Position numbers and translations under genes: made by a program. Below, in pieces: positions 14,613 through 24,018 of a stretch of DNA of 44,795 nucleotides. The stretch's first letter is position 1; the number at the start of each line of letters is the position of its first letter. A model generated the notes under the pieces. It was not told the DNA's origin. It did not search any database and worked only from the letters and a program-made list of their open reading frames with translations. This DNA comes from a virus (lineage: Duplodnaviria; Caudoviricetes), in the IMG/VR virus record IMGVR_UViG_3300050144_000021, positions 1-44,795 of that record; one strand, 5' to 3'.

Positions 14613-15662
14613 ATGGCAACACTCCCAACCAAAGCAGGCGCGGTCACGTTAAATGACTTTGCCAAATCCATCGACCCCAACGGTTCGGTGGCTTCAACAA
14701 TCGAGCTTCTCAGTCAGACAAGCGAAATCATCACAGACATGACTTGGTTGGAGGGCAATCTCCCAACCGGGCACCAGTCCAACGTGCGCACCGGCATCCC
14801 CACTCCGACATGGCGCAAACTGTATGGCGGAGTGCCACCAAGCAAATCAACTCGCGCGCAGGTTGTTGACACGTGTGGCTTCCTAGAGGCCCGCAACGAG
14901 ATCGACGTTAAAGTCGTTGGTCTGAACGGTAACACTGCAGCCTTCCGCATGTCTGAGGCCATGGCTGAAATCGAAGGCATGAACCAGGCGCTTTGTGAAG
15001 CGTTGATCTACGGCGACACTAGCGTAAACCCTGAGCGCTTCACTGGCCTCACGCCTCGCTACAACTCATTGTCGGCATCTATCCCGTCGAGCCAAAACAT
15101 CATCGATGCTGGCGGCACCGGCTCTGACAACACTTCCGTCTGGTTGGTTGTGTGGGGCGAGAACACCATCACTGGCATTTACCCTAAAGGTTCGCCTGCT
15201 GGATTGGATCACAAAGACCTCGGCGAGATCGACGCGTTCGACGCCTCAAACAACCGCTACCGCGCAGTGTCTGATTTGTGGCGCTGGGACTGTGGTTTGG
15301 CTGTTCGTGACTGGCGTTATGCTGTTCGCATTGCCAACATCGACGTGTCTGACCTCGTTGGTCAAACCGGCACGCAGGCATCGACCGCATCGACTGCTCT
15401 GATCAAGACCATGATTCGCGCAATGGCTCACATCCCAATGATGGGCATGGGTCGCCCTGTGTTCTACGCCAACCGCACCGTAAAGGAATACTTGAGCATC
15501 GCCGCGTTGGACAAGTCCAACGCTGCGTTGGCTGTACAGCCTGCCATTAACCAGTTCGGCACTGTAGCTCCTGGCTCTGTGAACAACGGCACCACGACCT
15601 TCCTAGGCATCCCCGTTCGCACTGTAGACCGCATCTTGTCTACAGAAGCCCGCGTGGTCTAA
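14613..15662 (+). CDS. Major capsid protein (BPP-1 Bbp17-like)
   Basis: IELLSQT, EGNLPTGH...RTGIP, FTGLTPRY, IIDAGGTGSDNTSVWLVVWG, DWRYAVRIANID, FLGIPVR. Confidence 0.9.
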   Translation: MATLPTKAGAVTLNDFAKSIDPNGSVASTIELLSQTSEIITDMTWLEGNLPTGHQSNVRTGIPTPTWRKLYGGVPPSKSTRAQVVDTCGFLEARNEIDVKVVGLNGNTAAFRMSEAMAEIEGMNQALCEALIYGDTSVNPERFTGLTPRYNSLSASIPSSQNIIDAGGTGSDNTSVWLVVWGENTITGIYPKGSPAGLDHKDLGEIDAFDASNNRYRAVSDLWRWDCGLAVRDWRYAVRIANIDVSDLVGQTGTQASTASTALIKTMIRAMAHIPMMGMGRPVFYANRTVKEYLSIAALDKSNAALAVQPAINQFGTVAPGSVNNGTTTFLGIPVRTVDRILSTEARVV

Positions 15663-15686
15663 CCCTCATCATCACTGGAGCACATC

Positions 15687-16118
15687 ATGATTCTTGACTC
15701 TCAAATGCAACTCTCGGCGGCGCAAGCCGTCACGGCTGTGGGTGACACCGCTTCCACCAACGTCTACGACACCGGCGCTGCCGCTGACGTGGGCACGGGT
15801 GAGGAGCAGTACATCTACGCTCGCACCGTGGCGGCCTTCACAACGGGCGCTGGTGGCACTTTGCAGTTCGTGCTGCAGGACTCTGCCGACAACAGCTCTT
15901 TTGCTGATGTCCAGGTTCTGACCCCTGTGCGTGCTGTGGCGGCTCTGACAGCCAATACCGACCAAGTAAAGGCTCGCTTGCCGCTGGGCTTGCGTCGCTA
16001 CCTGCGCTTGGCTTATCGCGTTGCCACTGGTGTGATGACGGCTGGTACTGTCGACTCCTATATTGGTGGCGAGGTTCAGTCTAACACCGCCTATCCTAGC
16101 GGCTTCACTGTAGCCTAA
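15687..16118 (+). CDS. Capsid cement/decoration protein (Bbp16-like)
   Basis: MILD...S.AQAVTA...STNV.D...LQDSADNS.F...RRYLRL.Y. Confidence 0.82.
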   Translation: MILDSQMQLSAAQAVTAVGDTASTNVYDTGAAADVGTGEEQYIYARTVAAFTTGAGGTLQFVLQDSADNSSFADVQVLTPVRAVAALTANTDQVKARLPLGLRRYLRLAYRVATGVMTAGTVDSYIGGEVQSNTAYPSGFTVA

Positions 16119-16120
16119 TC

Positions 16121-16324
16121 ATGGAAGTCATCGCGACTGCACGTGGTTATCTCGGAGCAATCCGAGAGCCTGGCGACGTTTTCGAGGTTGAAGATGGGCT
16201 CACAGGGAGCTGGTTCAAACCAAAGGAAACGAGCGGCAAGGCGCCTGAGAAGTCGCCCAAGCAGAAGCCAAGGAAGGGTGGAGATCCTTCCTTGAATGAC
16301 GCCGGAGACGATCCAATCATCTAA
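16121..16324 (+). CDS. Small head-associated hypothetical protein
   Basis: VIATARGY..IREPGDVFEV...SWF motif after the cement gene. Confidence 0.7.
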   Translation: MEVIATARGYLGAIREPGDVFEVEDGLTGSWFKPKETSGKAPEKSPKQKPRKGGDPSLNDAGDDPII

Positions 16325-16352
16325 AAAGCAGGCTCTACACGGGCCTGTTTTT
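16323..16352 (+). terminator. Intrinsic terminator after the head genes
   Basis: AAAAA-GCAGGCTC-TACAC-GGGCCTGT-TTTT. Confidence 0.7.
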
Positions 16353-16368
16353 CCAAGCGAGGATTTTT

Positions 16369-16710
16369 ATGTTAATCACCCACACGCGAAAACCCACCAA
16401 CAACTCACGGACTATTTTGGTATCGTGGGCTGAGATGCCGACTGGCGGTGTAGGCGACGCTATCCCGTTCTCTCAATACACCGACAAGAGCGTGCAGGTG
16501 GTTGGTATTTTTGGCACGGGCGTTGTGACGATCGAGGGGTCTAACGACGGAGAGAACTGGTCGACCCTCACTGACCCGCAGGGTAACGACTTAAACATCG
16601 CTACAGCCAAGATCGAGTTAGTGTGTGAGGCTACTCTGCTTGTGCGCCCTCGTGTCGTGTCTGGTGATGGCACGACGAACTTGTCTGTAACCCTTTTGGC
16701 GCGGGAGTAA
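16369..16710 (+). CDS. Beta-rich putative virion protein
   Basis: SVQVVG.FG...VTIEGSNDGENW..L; GAGG RBS. Confidence 0.75.
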   Translation: MLITHTRKPTNNSRTILVSWAEMPTGGVGDAIPFSQYTDKSVQVVGIFGTGVVTIEGSNDGENWSTLTDPQGNDLNIATAKIELVCEATLLVRPRVVSGDGTTNLSVTLLARE

Positions 16711-16714
16711 ATTT

Positions 16715-17191
16715 ATGAGTAATCAATACATGCGGGCTGCCGATGATGCGAAGCGACTGCTACGCGGATTTGCTGGCATTCAAGCGCTGGCTGACGTTTT
16801 CGAGCAGGTTGGCTCAATTGAGCAGGCGCGTGCCGAAGCTGAGGCGGCTTTGCTCGCTCTCACTCCTAAAGTGGCAGCGGCCAACGCTCAGGTTGCGGCT
16901 GCAGAGCAGGCTGTGCGCGATGCTGAGTTGGCTGCTCGCAACGTCGCGGACGATGCAAAATCAGCAGCAAATGATGTGATCGCCGTCGCGCATGAAGAGG
17001 CAGAGCGCATCCGAACCGAGGCAAATGCACTAGTGGCAAACGCGAAGGTTCAAGCTGAATCTATCCTAGCTGCAGCTGCGTCCGATGTGGAGGCGGCTTC
17101 TCAACGCTGCAAGGATTTGGCCGCTGAGGCTGACAGTCTAGAGGCGCGGGCAGAGAAGGCGCGGGCTTATCTTGCAAAACTACAGGGGTAA
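16715..17191 (+). CDS. Ala-rich coiled-coil protein
   Basis: 158 aa of helical A/E/Q-rich sequence. Confidence 0.75.
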   Translation: MSNQYMRAADDAKRLLRGFAGIQALADVFEQVGSIEQARAEAEAALLALTPKVAAANAQVAAAEQAVRDAELAARNVADDAKSAANDVIAVAHEEAERIRTEANALVANAKVQAESILAAAASDVEAASQRCKDLAAEADSLEARAEKARAYLAKLQG

Positions 17192-17194
17192 GTC

Positions 17195-17632
17195 ATGCCA
17201 AAAGCAACCGCCATTTGTAACAGTGTTTTAGGAATCATGTACCGCGCTGCTGCGTGGGCCAACGTGGCAGATAACGCCGCAAGCGCTCCGTTGTCGAGTG
17301 TGTATCTTGGCCTGCACACAGCAACGTTGACGCCCGCGACTGGGACGCAGACGGAGAATGAGATCGCCTACACCAACTATGCGCGCAAGCAGACGGCGCG
17401 GAGTTCTGTGGACTGGTCTGCCCCATCCGGCGGTCAGCTGTCGAATGTTCAGGTGCTGCAGTTCCCGGCTTGTGGCGCCACTGGTGGAAGCGCGCACACA
17501 ACATCGACTGGCACAGCTTCGTCTGGCGCTGGTGCTGTTTGGCACTTCGGCGCACTAAATTTTGTCTTGGCGATCGGTAACGGCATCACGCCTCAGTTCA
17601 ACATCGGCGCTTACGTTATTCAGGAGACGTAA
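17195..17632 (+). CDS. Putative virion fibre/structural protein
   Basis: VYLGLHTA...E..YTNYARK...FP...GAL...I.NGITPQF..G pattern seen in phage fibre-associated genes. Confidence 0.7.
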   Translation: MPKATAICNSVLGIMYRAAAWANVADNAASAPLSSVYLGLHTATLTPATGTQTENEIAYTNYARKQTARSSVDWSAPSGGQLSNVQVLQFPACGATGGSAHTTSTGTASSGAGAVWHFGALNFVLAIGNGITPQFNIGAYVIQET

Positions 17633-17913
17633 TGCAGGACGCGCATCCCATTGGAGATGATGGCCGCTCCGTTTTGGAGCGTGCTGCATGGCGTTTAATC
17701 GGGCCTCCACTGTACTACTGCGAGCACTGCCTCGTTGGTGTTGATGTCACGCACGGTGAGAATCCGGTCGTCACCCGCAATTGCGGCCATAATGACGCCC
17801 GCATCATCGCCCCTCGGAAATCCATTCTTGCTGGCGAGGGTGGTTTGTCGCTCAAAAACAAAGCAAAGATGACCGTGGCAAAAGTTAAATCGAGACTAAC
17901 TGGACGGACATGA
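17632..17913 (+). CDS. Hypothetical protein with possible Zn site
   Basis: CEHC...CGH; TAATG and ATGA coupling. Confidence 0.65.
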   Translation: MQDAHPIGDDGRSVLERAAWRLIGPPLYYCEHCLVGVDVTHGENPVVTRNCGHNDARIIAPRKSILAGEGGLSLKNKAKMTVAKVKSRLTGRT

Positions 17914-18776
17914 CCGTCCGCACGATGTCCGACATTAACGCGGCCTACGAGGAGGGGCGGTTTCACACCCAGCGCTTTCTTAAAAACGGGGGTACGTCAC
18001 ACACAACTCAGTGGGCTGACCCGACGTTTGCGTCCGGCCAACCGGCTTATGATGCTCATGTCGGGACGCCGCTGCTGTTCACGCCTTGCGTGGCGACCAA
18101 GAACGACGCTATTTTCTTCCCCGGTATTGCGGCTGGTCAGGAGCGATACCTGCACACCGCGACCGTCTGGACGAACCAGGGTACATTCAACGGCCCCGGC
18201 TCCATCGTGTTCTATGACCTTATCGGCTACTACCCATTGATCGACGGGGATAGTACCGATCTGCAAGAGACCGATAACACAGCCACCTTGCCGCGCTACA
18301 CGTCTGGCGATGGTGTAGTAGCCGTATGGGTTAACCACGTCGCGCCAGCCGTGCAGGACGGGCTGGCTGATGTGCTTTACACCAACTCGAGCGGAGTGCA
18401 GCAGACGGTTCGGGTGAACGTCCCCAACATGGGCGTCAATCTGGTGGTGACTGGCAACGTCGCCGCAGCCGCCAACGCACAAGCGGGAGGTTTGGCTATG
18501 CCGCTACTAAATGGCGCCGGGGGCGTGCACAGCATTGATGGCATAACCTACCTCACGCCGCCTGGTGGGCTGCACGCGATCTACCTTATAAAGCCACTTT
18601 GCACGATGACGTTGGGCGATAATCTCGTCACTGCTGAAAAAGATTTCTTTATGCAAGACGGGTTACGTATGCCGCGCATCTATGATGGCGCATGGCTTGG
18701 CTGGTTTGACAACTTAGGCGCAGGCACGGCACGCTCCGTCGCTTGGTTCGGTAATTTAAACTTTCTATGGGGCTGA
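17910..18776 (+). CDS. Putative virion protein, paralogue of 18778-19659
   Basis: GYYP, PRYTSG, YTNSSG, KPL, EKD, DGAWLG, terminal WG. Confidence 0.8.
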   Translation: MTVRTMSDINAAYEEGRFHTQRFLKNGGTSHTTQWADPTFASGQPAYDAHVGTPLLFTPCVATKNDAIFFPGIAAGQERYLHTATVWTNQGTFNGPGSIVFYDLIGYYPLIDGDSTDLQETDNTATLPRYTSGDGVVAVWVNHVAPAVQDGLADVLYTNSSGVQQTVRVNVPNMGVNLVVTGNVAAAANAQAGGLAMPLLNGAGGVHSIDGITYLTPPGGLHAIYLIKPLCTMTLGDNLVTAEKDFFMQDGLRMPRIYDGAWLGWFDNLGAGTARSVAWFGNLNFLWG

Positions 18777-18777
18777 C

Positions 18778-19659
18778 ATGGCTATTCAATCAACCGACCA
18801 ACTGGTCGCGGCACTGACCGCAGGACAAAGCGCGCGCTACGAGTGGAACAAAATAACGGGCGCGGCTGCATACACCGCTGGCCGCTGGTATGAGACGTTG
18901 TCACTTACTGGTTTGCCGGTAGCGACCGCATTCCCAGGCACTGCGCTGACTTGGCAGGCTTGCACCGAATCCACAGGCGACGGCACCAGCGTCTTTGGCA
19001 TCCCTCACGGTGGCAATGTGTCCACGTTGCTTAAACACCTGCTAAACATGAACGCGTGGACCACTGCCGCGACTGGCGTACCTGCGACCCTCATGCTTGT
19101 GGATGTGCAGGGGTACTATCCAGGCATCAACATGAACGTGGCAACGGCTCAGACGCTGCTTGGCACACCTTCACCGCGCTACACCAATGGTGCGGGTTTG
19201 CGCATGTTCTTGGCTGCGCGGGCTACCACTGGTGCGACCGCTCACAACATCGCTTATAGCTACACCAATCAGGCGGGCACAGCGGCACGTGTAAACCCTG
19301 TCACGGTGGCTGCTACCGCTTCGGCTATCGTGCCACACATCGTCCACTCTGGCACGGCTGCCAACAACTACGGGCCGTTCCTGCCCTTGGCCTCTGGCGA
19401 CACTGGCCTTCGCTCGGTTCAGACTGTCACGCTGTCCGCTGCGTCTGGCGCTGGCACGGGCGTTCTTGTGCTGTGCCGACCCTTGGCGCAGATCACTCTG
19501 TCTGTAAACGGTTTGATGACGGAGAAGGATTTGCTTAATCAAATACCAAGTCTACCGACGCTGATTGACGGGGCATGCCTTGGGTTCTTGTTAGGCGCGG
19601 GCGCTGCGGTAGCTGCCTCTACCACGTTCTCTGGCGGCGTTGAGGCTGTATGGGGCTAA
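18778..19659 (+). CDS. Putative virion protein, paralogue of 17910-18776
   Basis: GYYP, PRYTNG, YTNQAG, RPL, EKD, DGACLG, terminal WG. Confidence 0.8.
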   Translation: MAIQSTDQLVAALTAGQSARYEWNKITGAAAYTAGRWYETLSLTGLPVATAFPGTALTWQACTESTGDGTSVFGIPHGGNVSTLLKHLLNMNAWTTAATGVPATLMLVDVQGYYPGINMNVATAQTLLGTPSPRYTNGAGLRMFLAARATTGATAHNIAYSYTNQAGTAARVNPVTVAATASAIVPHIVHSGTAANNYGPFLPLASGDTGLRSVQTVTLSAASGAGTGVLVLCRPLAQITLSVNGLMTEKDLLNQIPSLPTLIDGACLGFLLGAGAAVAASTTFSGGVEAVWG

Positions 19660-19660
19660 C

Positions 19661-20554
19661 ATGGCGGTATATCCGAACGGCTCCTACATGTCTCGCTCGC
19701 CGGGTCGTCACTTCGGCGGTGCTACTGCGGCTGTAGGCGGGTCGGGGTCGGGTTTTACGCCGCAACTGAGAAACCGAAGTGATCGGTTGAACAGGTTTGT
19801 TGGCTCCACGGCCAGCCGGCTTGAAAGCGTGCCTAGTGGTTACGGTGTCGCATCCTACATTCCTGCTCGTGTGGCGGGCGGGATGTCGTCATTTAATAAG
19901 ATTATTGGCTCTGGCAGTATTAACCCTAGCATGCTCTTGGTTCAGGAGTTGCTGGCCACCATTGCTGGGGATGGCGGCATCGCTGCTGTAGGCGGCCTGA
20001 TCGTCAACATGGTAGCAACCATCAGCGGTTCTGGTGGTATCACATCGGCGCAAGTTAGTGCCTACCTTAATTTGATCGCAACCATCAGCGGCTCTGGCGG
20101 CATCACAGCGGACCCCAGCGGGATTGGTCAGATGATTGCCGCGATTGTTGGAGCTGGGGACGTTACAAATTCAACCGCTACGGGCATCGGCGACATGTCG
20201 GCAACGCTGCGCGGCTATGGCGACCTGACGCCAGAGGGCATACGTGATTCTGTGTGGAGCGCTTTGCTGAGCCAGTATCAAACAGCAGGCTCTGCGGGTA
20301 AGGCTTTGTCTACCGCAGGGTCTGGTGGTGTTGATTTGGACGCCTTGTCTGCTGCTGTGTGGTCGTATGCCATGGAGAGCGGCGTGACCGCAGAGCAGTT
20401 CATGCGCATTATGGGATCAGCTATGGCAGGCAAGGTATCGGGAGCTGGCACGGGAACCGAGACGTTTAAAGGGTTGGACGGAACCACTGACCGTATCGTG
20501 TCAACTGTTGACTCAAACGGAAACCGCACCAACGTTAATGTGAATGGCACTTAA
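19661..20554 (+). CDS. Gly/Ser-rich repeat fibre-like virion protein
   Basis: Repeats of ATI(A/S)G.GGI, two VWS repeats, C-terminal AGKVSGAG...D.NGNRT. Confidence 0.75.
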   Translation: MAVYPNGSYMSRSPGRHFGGATAAVGGSGSGFTPQLRNRSDRLNRFVGSTASRLESVPSGYGVASYIPARVAGGMSSFNKIIGSGSINPSMLLVQELLATIAGDGGIAAVGGLIVNMVATISGSGGITSAQVSAYLNLIATISGSGGITADPSGIGQMIAAIVGAGDVTNSTATGIGDMSATLRGYGDLTPEGIRDSVWSALLSQYQTAGSAGKALSTAGSGGVDLDALSAAVWSYAMESGVTAEQFMRIMGSAMAGKVSGAGTGTETFKGLDGTTDRIVSTVDSNGNRTNVNVNGT

Positions 20555-20672
20555 TCATTTTAGGCAGGTGAGTTTTAAGGCGCGGCATTTCTCCGTGCTT
20601 GGCGGCTGGATCGGCGCCGTGGTGGATGCTGTGTCTGGATTTATAACCATTTTAAGAAGGCGCAGACGGTAG
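20544..20672 (+). CDS. 42-aa peptide ending in RRRRR (absent from the ORF track)
   Basis: MALNHFRQVSFKARHFSVLGGWIGAVVDAVSGFITILRRRRR; overlaps the previous stop and fills the gap. Confidence 0.55.
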   Translation: MALNHFRQVSFKARHFSVLGGWIGAVVDAVSGFITILRRRRR

Positions 20673-20702
20673 ACCAAACCGCTAATTGGTGCGAAAATCA
20701 CA
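20670..20702 (+). promoter_or_regulatory. Putative promoter/operator before the tail genes
   Basis: TAGACC-N17-GAAAAT with TGn extension; TGCGAAAATCACA (20690-20702) is identical to 8211-8223. Confidence 0.5.
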
Positions 20703-20723
20703 GCATATTGAGGACTTCACACT

Positions 20724-21365
20724 ATGGCTTCTAAAGTTTCTATCGCTAATCGTGCGCTTACCAAATTGGGGGAGGATCGCATCCTCCTGCTTACCGACGA
20801 CAACAAGCGTGCCCGCACCATAAACCAGATGTTCGACGATGTGCTCGACGCCGAGTTGCGTCGCTATCGTTGGACGTTCGCAATCACTCGAGACTCTCTG
20901 CCTGCGCTCGCTGATGCGCCTGCTTGGGGTTACGCCTACAAGTACCCGCTGCCATCCGATTACCTTGCTCTTATTCAGGTAAACGATATCTATGTGCGCG
21001 CTGGTAACAGTTCCGCGCTGTGGTCTGTCGAGGCGGGTCACATCCTCACGAATATCGAGGCGCCTTTGAAGGTGCGCTACATCCAGCGTGTCACCAACCC
21101 CGGCTTGTTCGACCCCATGTTTTCTGAGGCTTTGGCTTGCAAGCTGGCGATGGAGGCATGCGAGACGCTGACGCAGTCCGAGACAAAATTCAACCGCATG
21201 GCCGAGCAGTACAAGGCGACCGTGCTTGATGCGCAGCGCCAGGCGTCTATCGAAAACCCACCAGACGAGCTTCCGCAGGGCTCATGGCTTGATGCTCGTA
21301 ATGGCGACTACATGCCCGGCACTACGCAGGACGTGACGCAGTATCCGTCAGGGTTCACAGTATGA
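20724..21365 (+). CDS. Tail tubular protein A / head-tail adaptor (T7 gp11-like)
   Basis: IANRAL..LG...I, WTFA, Y.YPLPSDY, FDPMF.EALA..LA. Confidence 0.85.
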   Translation: MASKVSIANRALTKLGEDRILLLTDDNKRARTINQMFDDVLDAELRRYRWTFAITRDSLPALADAPAWGYAYKYPLPSDYLALIQVNDIYVRAGNSSALWSVEAGHILTNIEAPLKVRYIQRVTNPGLFDPMFSEALACKLAMEACETLTQSETKFNRMAEQYKATVLDAQRQASIENPPDELPQGSWLDARNGDYMPGTTQDVTQYPSGFTV

Positions 21366-23590
21366 GCAAGGCGTCCAGCATCACGGGTTCGTTTAACGCG
21401 GGCGAAGTCTCGCCTAAACTTGGCGCTCGCATCGATTTTCAGAAGTATCCAAACGGCGCATCTATTCTTGAGAACTTCATTCCAACGGTGCAGGGGCCGA
21501 TAGAGCGGCGTGGCGGCACACGGTTCGCGCATGAGGTTAAGAACAGCGCAAAGAAGGTCTTGCTGGTACCGTTCGAGTTCTCTGTATCGCAGGCCTACAT
21601 TCTTGAGTTCGGCGACCTGTACTGCCGTTTCTACACGTGGGATTCGGTCACCAAGTTGCGCGGTATTCTAGAGTCGTCGCCTGGTGTTCCTGTTGAGATC
21701 ACAACGCCTTACGCCGAGGCCGATCTGTACAACGATGACGGTACGCCACGCCTGCGGTTTGCTCAATCTGGCGACAATTTGTATCTCGCGCATGGCTTGT
21801 ATCAGCAGCGCATCATCACACGCACCAGCGCCACGTCGTTTGCAATTTCTGTCTACGCCGCGCTTGGCGGCCCGTGGAAGATTATGAATAATACGGCGAC
21901 CACTGTGTACGCGTCCGCTGAATCCGGTACCGGTATAACGCTCACAGCATCAACGTCGATATTCACGGCGGCCATGGTTGGCTCGCTGTTTAAGCTCGAA
22001 TCCAAAGACCTTAACGCCATCCCTGCTTGGGAGGTTTCTAAGGCTGTTGGAGTTGGCGTGCGTCGCCGCTCTGACTCTAAGACCTACGAGTCTTTGAACG
22101 CCGCAACCACCGGCACTGCCAAGCCTGTGCACACCGAGGGAGCCCTGTATGACGGCGATACTGGCGTGCAGTGGCAATACCGCGACCCTGGGTATGGATA
22201 TGTGCGTATCGTGGGCTACACCTCTGGTACCGTGGTCACTGTTGACGTGGTAGACCGCCTGCCGTCGCAGGTTGTTGGCGTTGGAAACGCTACCGTTCGC
22301 TGGTCGTTTGGTGAGTGGTCATCTGTTAACGGCTGGCCGACCGATGTGGCGTTCTACCGAGAGCGTTTGTGGTGGGGTCGTAAGCAGTACATCTGGGGCT
22401 CTGTCGCGGCAGACTTCACCGATTACTCGCCGCTTAACTTCGGTCAGGTGACCGACGACATGGCTATTTCCGTCACGCTGGTTTCGGGGAAAATCAACGA
22501 TGTGCAGTGGATGGTTGGCGACGAAGATTTGCTGTGCGGTACCGCTGGCGGCGAGTTCTCTGTTGGCGAGCTGCAGAACGGTAAAGCACTAGGGCCTGGG
22601 AACATCCGTGCCAGACTAATCTCTGGTTATGGCAGCCGAGCTATTCCTCCAATCAAGAACGGCGAGGGTCTGCTATTCGTGCAGCGCGCTGGCTTGAAGG
22701 CTCGCGAGGTGACCTACGACACCATCTCGTACAAGTACAAAAGCACCGACGCCACCGTTCTGGCTGAGCACATTACCAAGTCCGGTTTGGTGCAGATAGC
22801 CTTCACACAAGAGCCCGACCCCGTTGTGTGGGCTGTGCGTGCAGACGGTAACCTCTTAGGCTTCACGTGGAACAATGAGCAGGATGTCCGAGGCTGGCAC
22901 CGTCACCCCATTGGTGGCAGCGGCGTTGTCGAGTCTGTGGCCGTCATGCCTGCAGCCGAAGGCGACCGCTCCGAGTTGTGGCTGGTGGTTAAGCGCACAA
23001 TCAACGGCAGCACGAAGCGCTATGTTGAATACATGGAACGTCCTTGGCGCGTTGGTGACGCGCAGGCAGATTCTTTTTACTTGGACTCGGGGCTCACCTA
23101 CGACGGCGCTGCTGCCACGGTGATCACCAACCTTGGGCATCTTGAAGGACAAGTTGTTGACGTGCTGTCCGATGGCGCGCCTCACCCACAGCGCACCGTG
23201 TCTGGTGGCTCTATCACGCTACTGCGCGCGGCGTCTGTGGTTCAGGTTGGCTTGCCATGCCCATGCAAGTATCGCTCGATGCGGCTGGAGGTTGGGGCTG
23301 CTGATGGCACTTCGCAGGGCAAGACAAAGCGCATCCATAAGGGTGTGTTGCGATTCCTGAACACAGGTGGTGGTAACTACGGCTCTGACGAGACCAACAT
23401 GGACCCGCTGCAGCTTCGGTCGTCTAGTGACGCCATGAGCGCTCCTGTTCCGCTATTTTCAGGCGACAAGGTTGTCTCGTGGCCCGAGGGTTACAACACC
23501 GACGCTTACATGATGTTCGTAAATGACCAGCCCACAGCGGTTACGTTGCTGGGGCTTATGCCGCAGGTTGTTACACAGGACGCGCGATGA
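21362..23590 (+). CDS. Tail tubular protein B / nozzle (T7 gp12-like)
   Basis: SFNAGEVSP...R.D...Y, GPIERRGGT, ILEFG, WP..V.FY.ERL, LFVQRAG, GWHRH. Confidence 0.9.
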   Translation: MSKASSITGSFNAGEVSPKLGARIDFQKYPNGASILENFIPTVQGPIERRGGTRFAHEVKNSAKKVLLVPFEFSVSQAYILEFGDLYCRFYTWDSVTKLRGILESSPGVPVEITTPYAEADLYNDDGTPRLRFAQSGDNLYLAHGLYQQRIITRTSATSFAISVYAALGGPWKIMNNTATTVYASAESGTGITLTASTSIFTAAMVGSLFKLESKDLNAIPAWEVSKAVGVGVRRRSDSKTYESLNAATTGTAKPVHTEGALYDGDTGVQWQYRDPGYGYVRIVGYTSGTVVTVDVVDRLPSQVVGVGNATVRWSFGEWSSVNGWPTDVAFYRERLWWGRKQYIWGSVAADFTDYSPLNFGQVTDDMAISVTLVSGKINDVQWMVGDEDLLCGTAGGEFSVGELQNGKALGPGNIRARLISGYGSRAIPPIKNGEGLLFVQRAGLKAREVTYDTISYKYKSTDATVLAEHITKSGLVQIAFTQEPDPVVWAVRADGNLLGFTWNNEQDVRGWHRHPIGGSGVVESVAVMPAAEGDRSELWLVVKRTINGSTKRYVEYMERPWRVGDAQADSFYLDSGLTYDGAAATVITNLGHLEGQVVDVLSDGAPHPQRTVSGGSITLLRAASVVQVGLPCPCKYRSMRLEVGAADGTSQGKTKRIHKGVLRFLNTGGGNYGSDETNMDPLQLRSSSDAMSAPVPLFSGDKVVSWPEGYNTDAYMMFVNDQPTAVTLLGLMPQVVTQDAR

Positions 23591-24018
23591 AGGTTGTCGC
23601 CTTTCGTCCCGATCATGTGCGCGCGTTGGAGCTGCAGGACGCGCAGCAATACTTCTCGGGCGCTTTGTCTGGTGCCGAGTACGGCCGCGCTCTGGCAAAA
23701 TCAGGCGCAGCGTTTACAGCGCTTGACGGCGATCGCGTTATTGCCTGCTCTGGGTGCGTGGAAATTTGGGACAATAGGGCGATGGCGTGGGCGCTGATTT
23801 CTAAGGATGCAGGGCGGCACATGCTGGGTATCCACAAGGCTGTAGCAGGGTTTTTGGCTGGGGCGAAGTGGCGGCGCATCGAGGCCACGGTGGATGTAGG
23901 TTTTGAGGCTGGTTTACGTTGGATGGCGATGCTTGGGTTTGTGCGCGAGACGCCAGATCCCATGCGTGCGTACCGTCCTGATGGCGGGGATTGTTATTTA
24001 TTTGCGAGGGTTAAATAA
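23587..24018 (+). CDS. GNAT-fold virion assembly protein (T7 gp13-like position)
   Basis: RRIEATV...GLRWMAMLGF.RE...MRAY; lies after tube B. Confidence 0.72.
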   Translation: MKVVAFRPDHVRALELQDAQQYFSGALSGAEYGRALAKSGAAFTALDGDRVIACSGCVEIWDNRAMAWALISKDAGRHMLGIHKAVAGFLAGAKWRRIEATVDVGFEAGLRWMAMLGFVRETPDPMRAYRPDGGDCYLFARVK

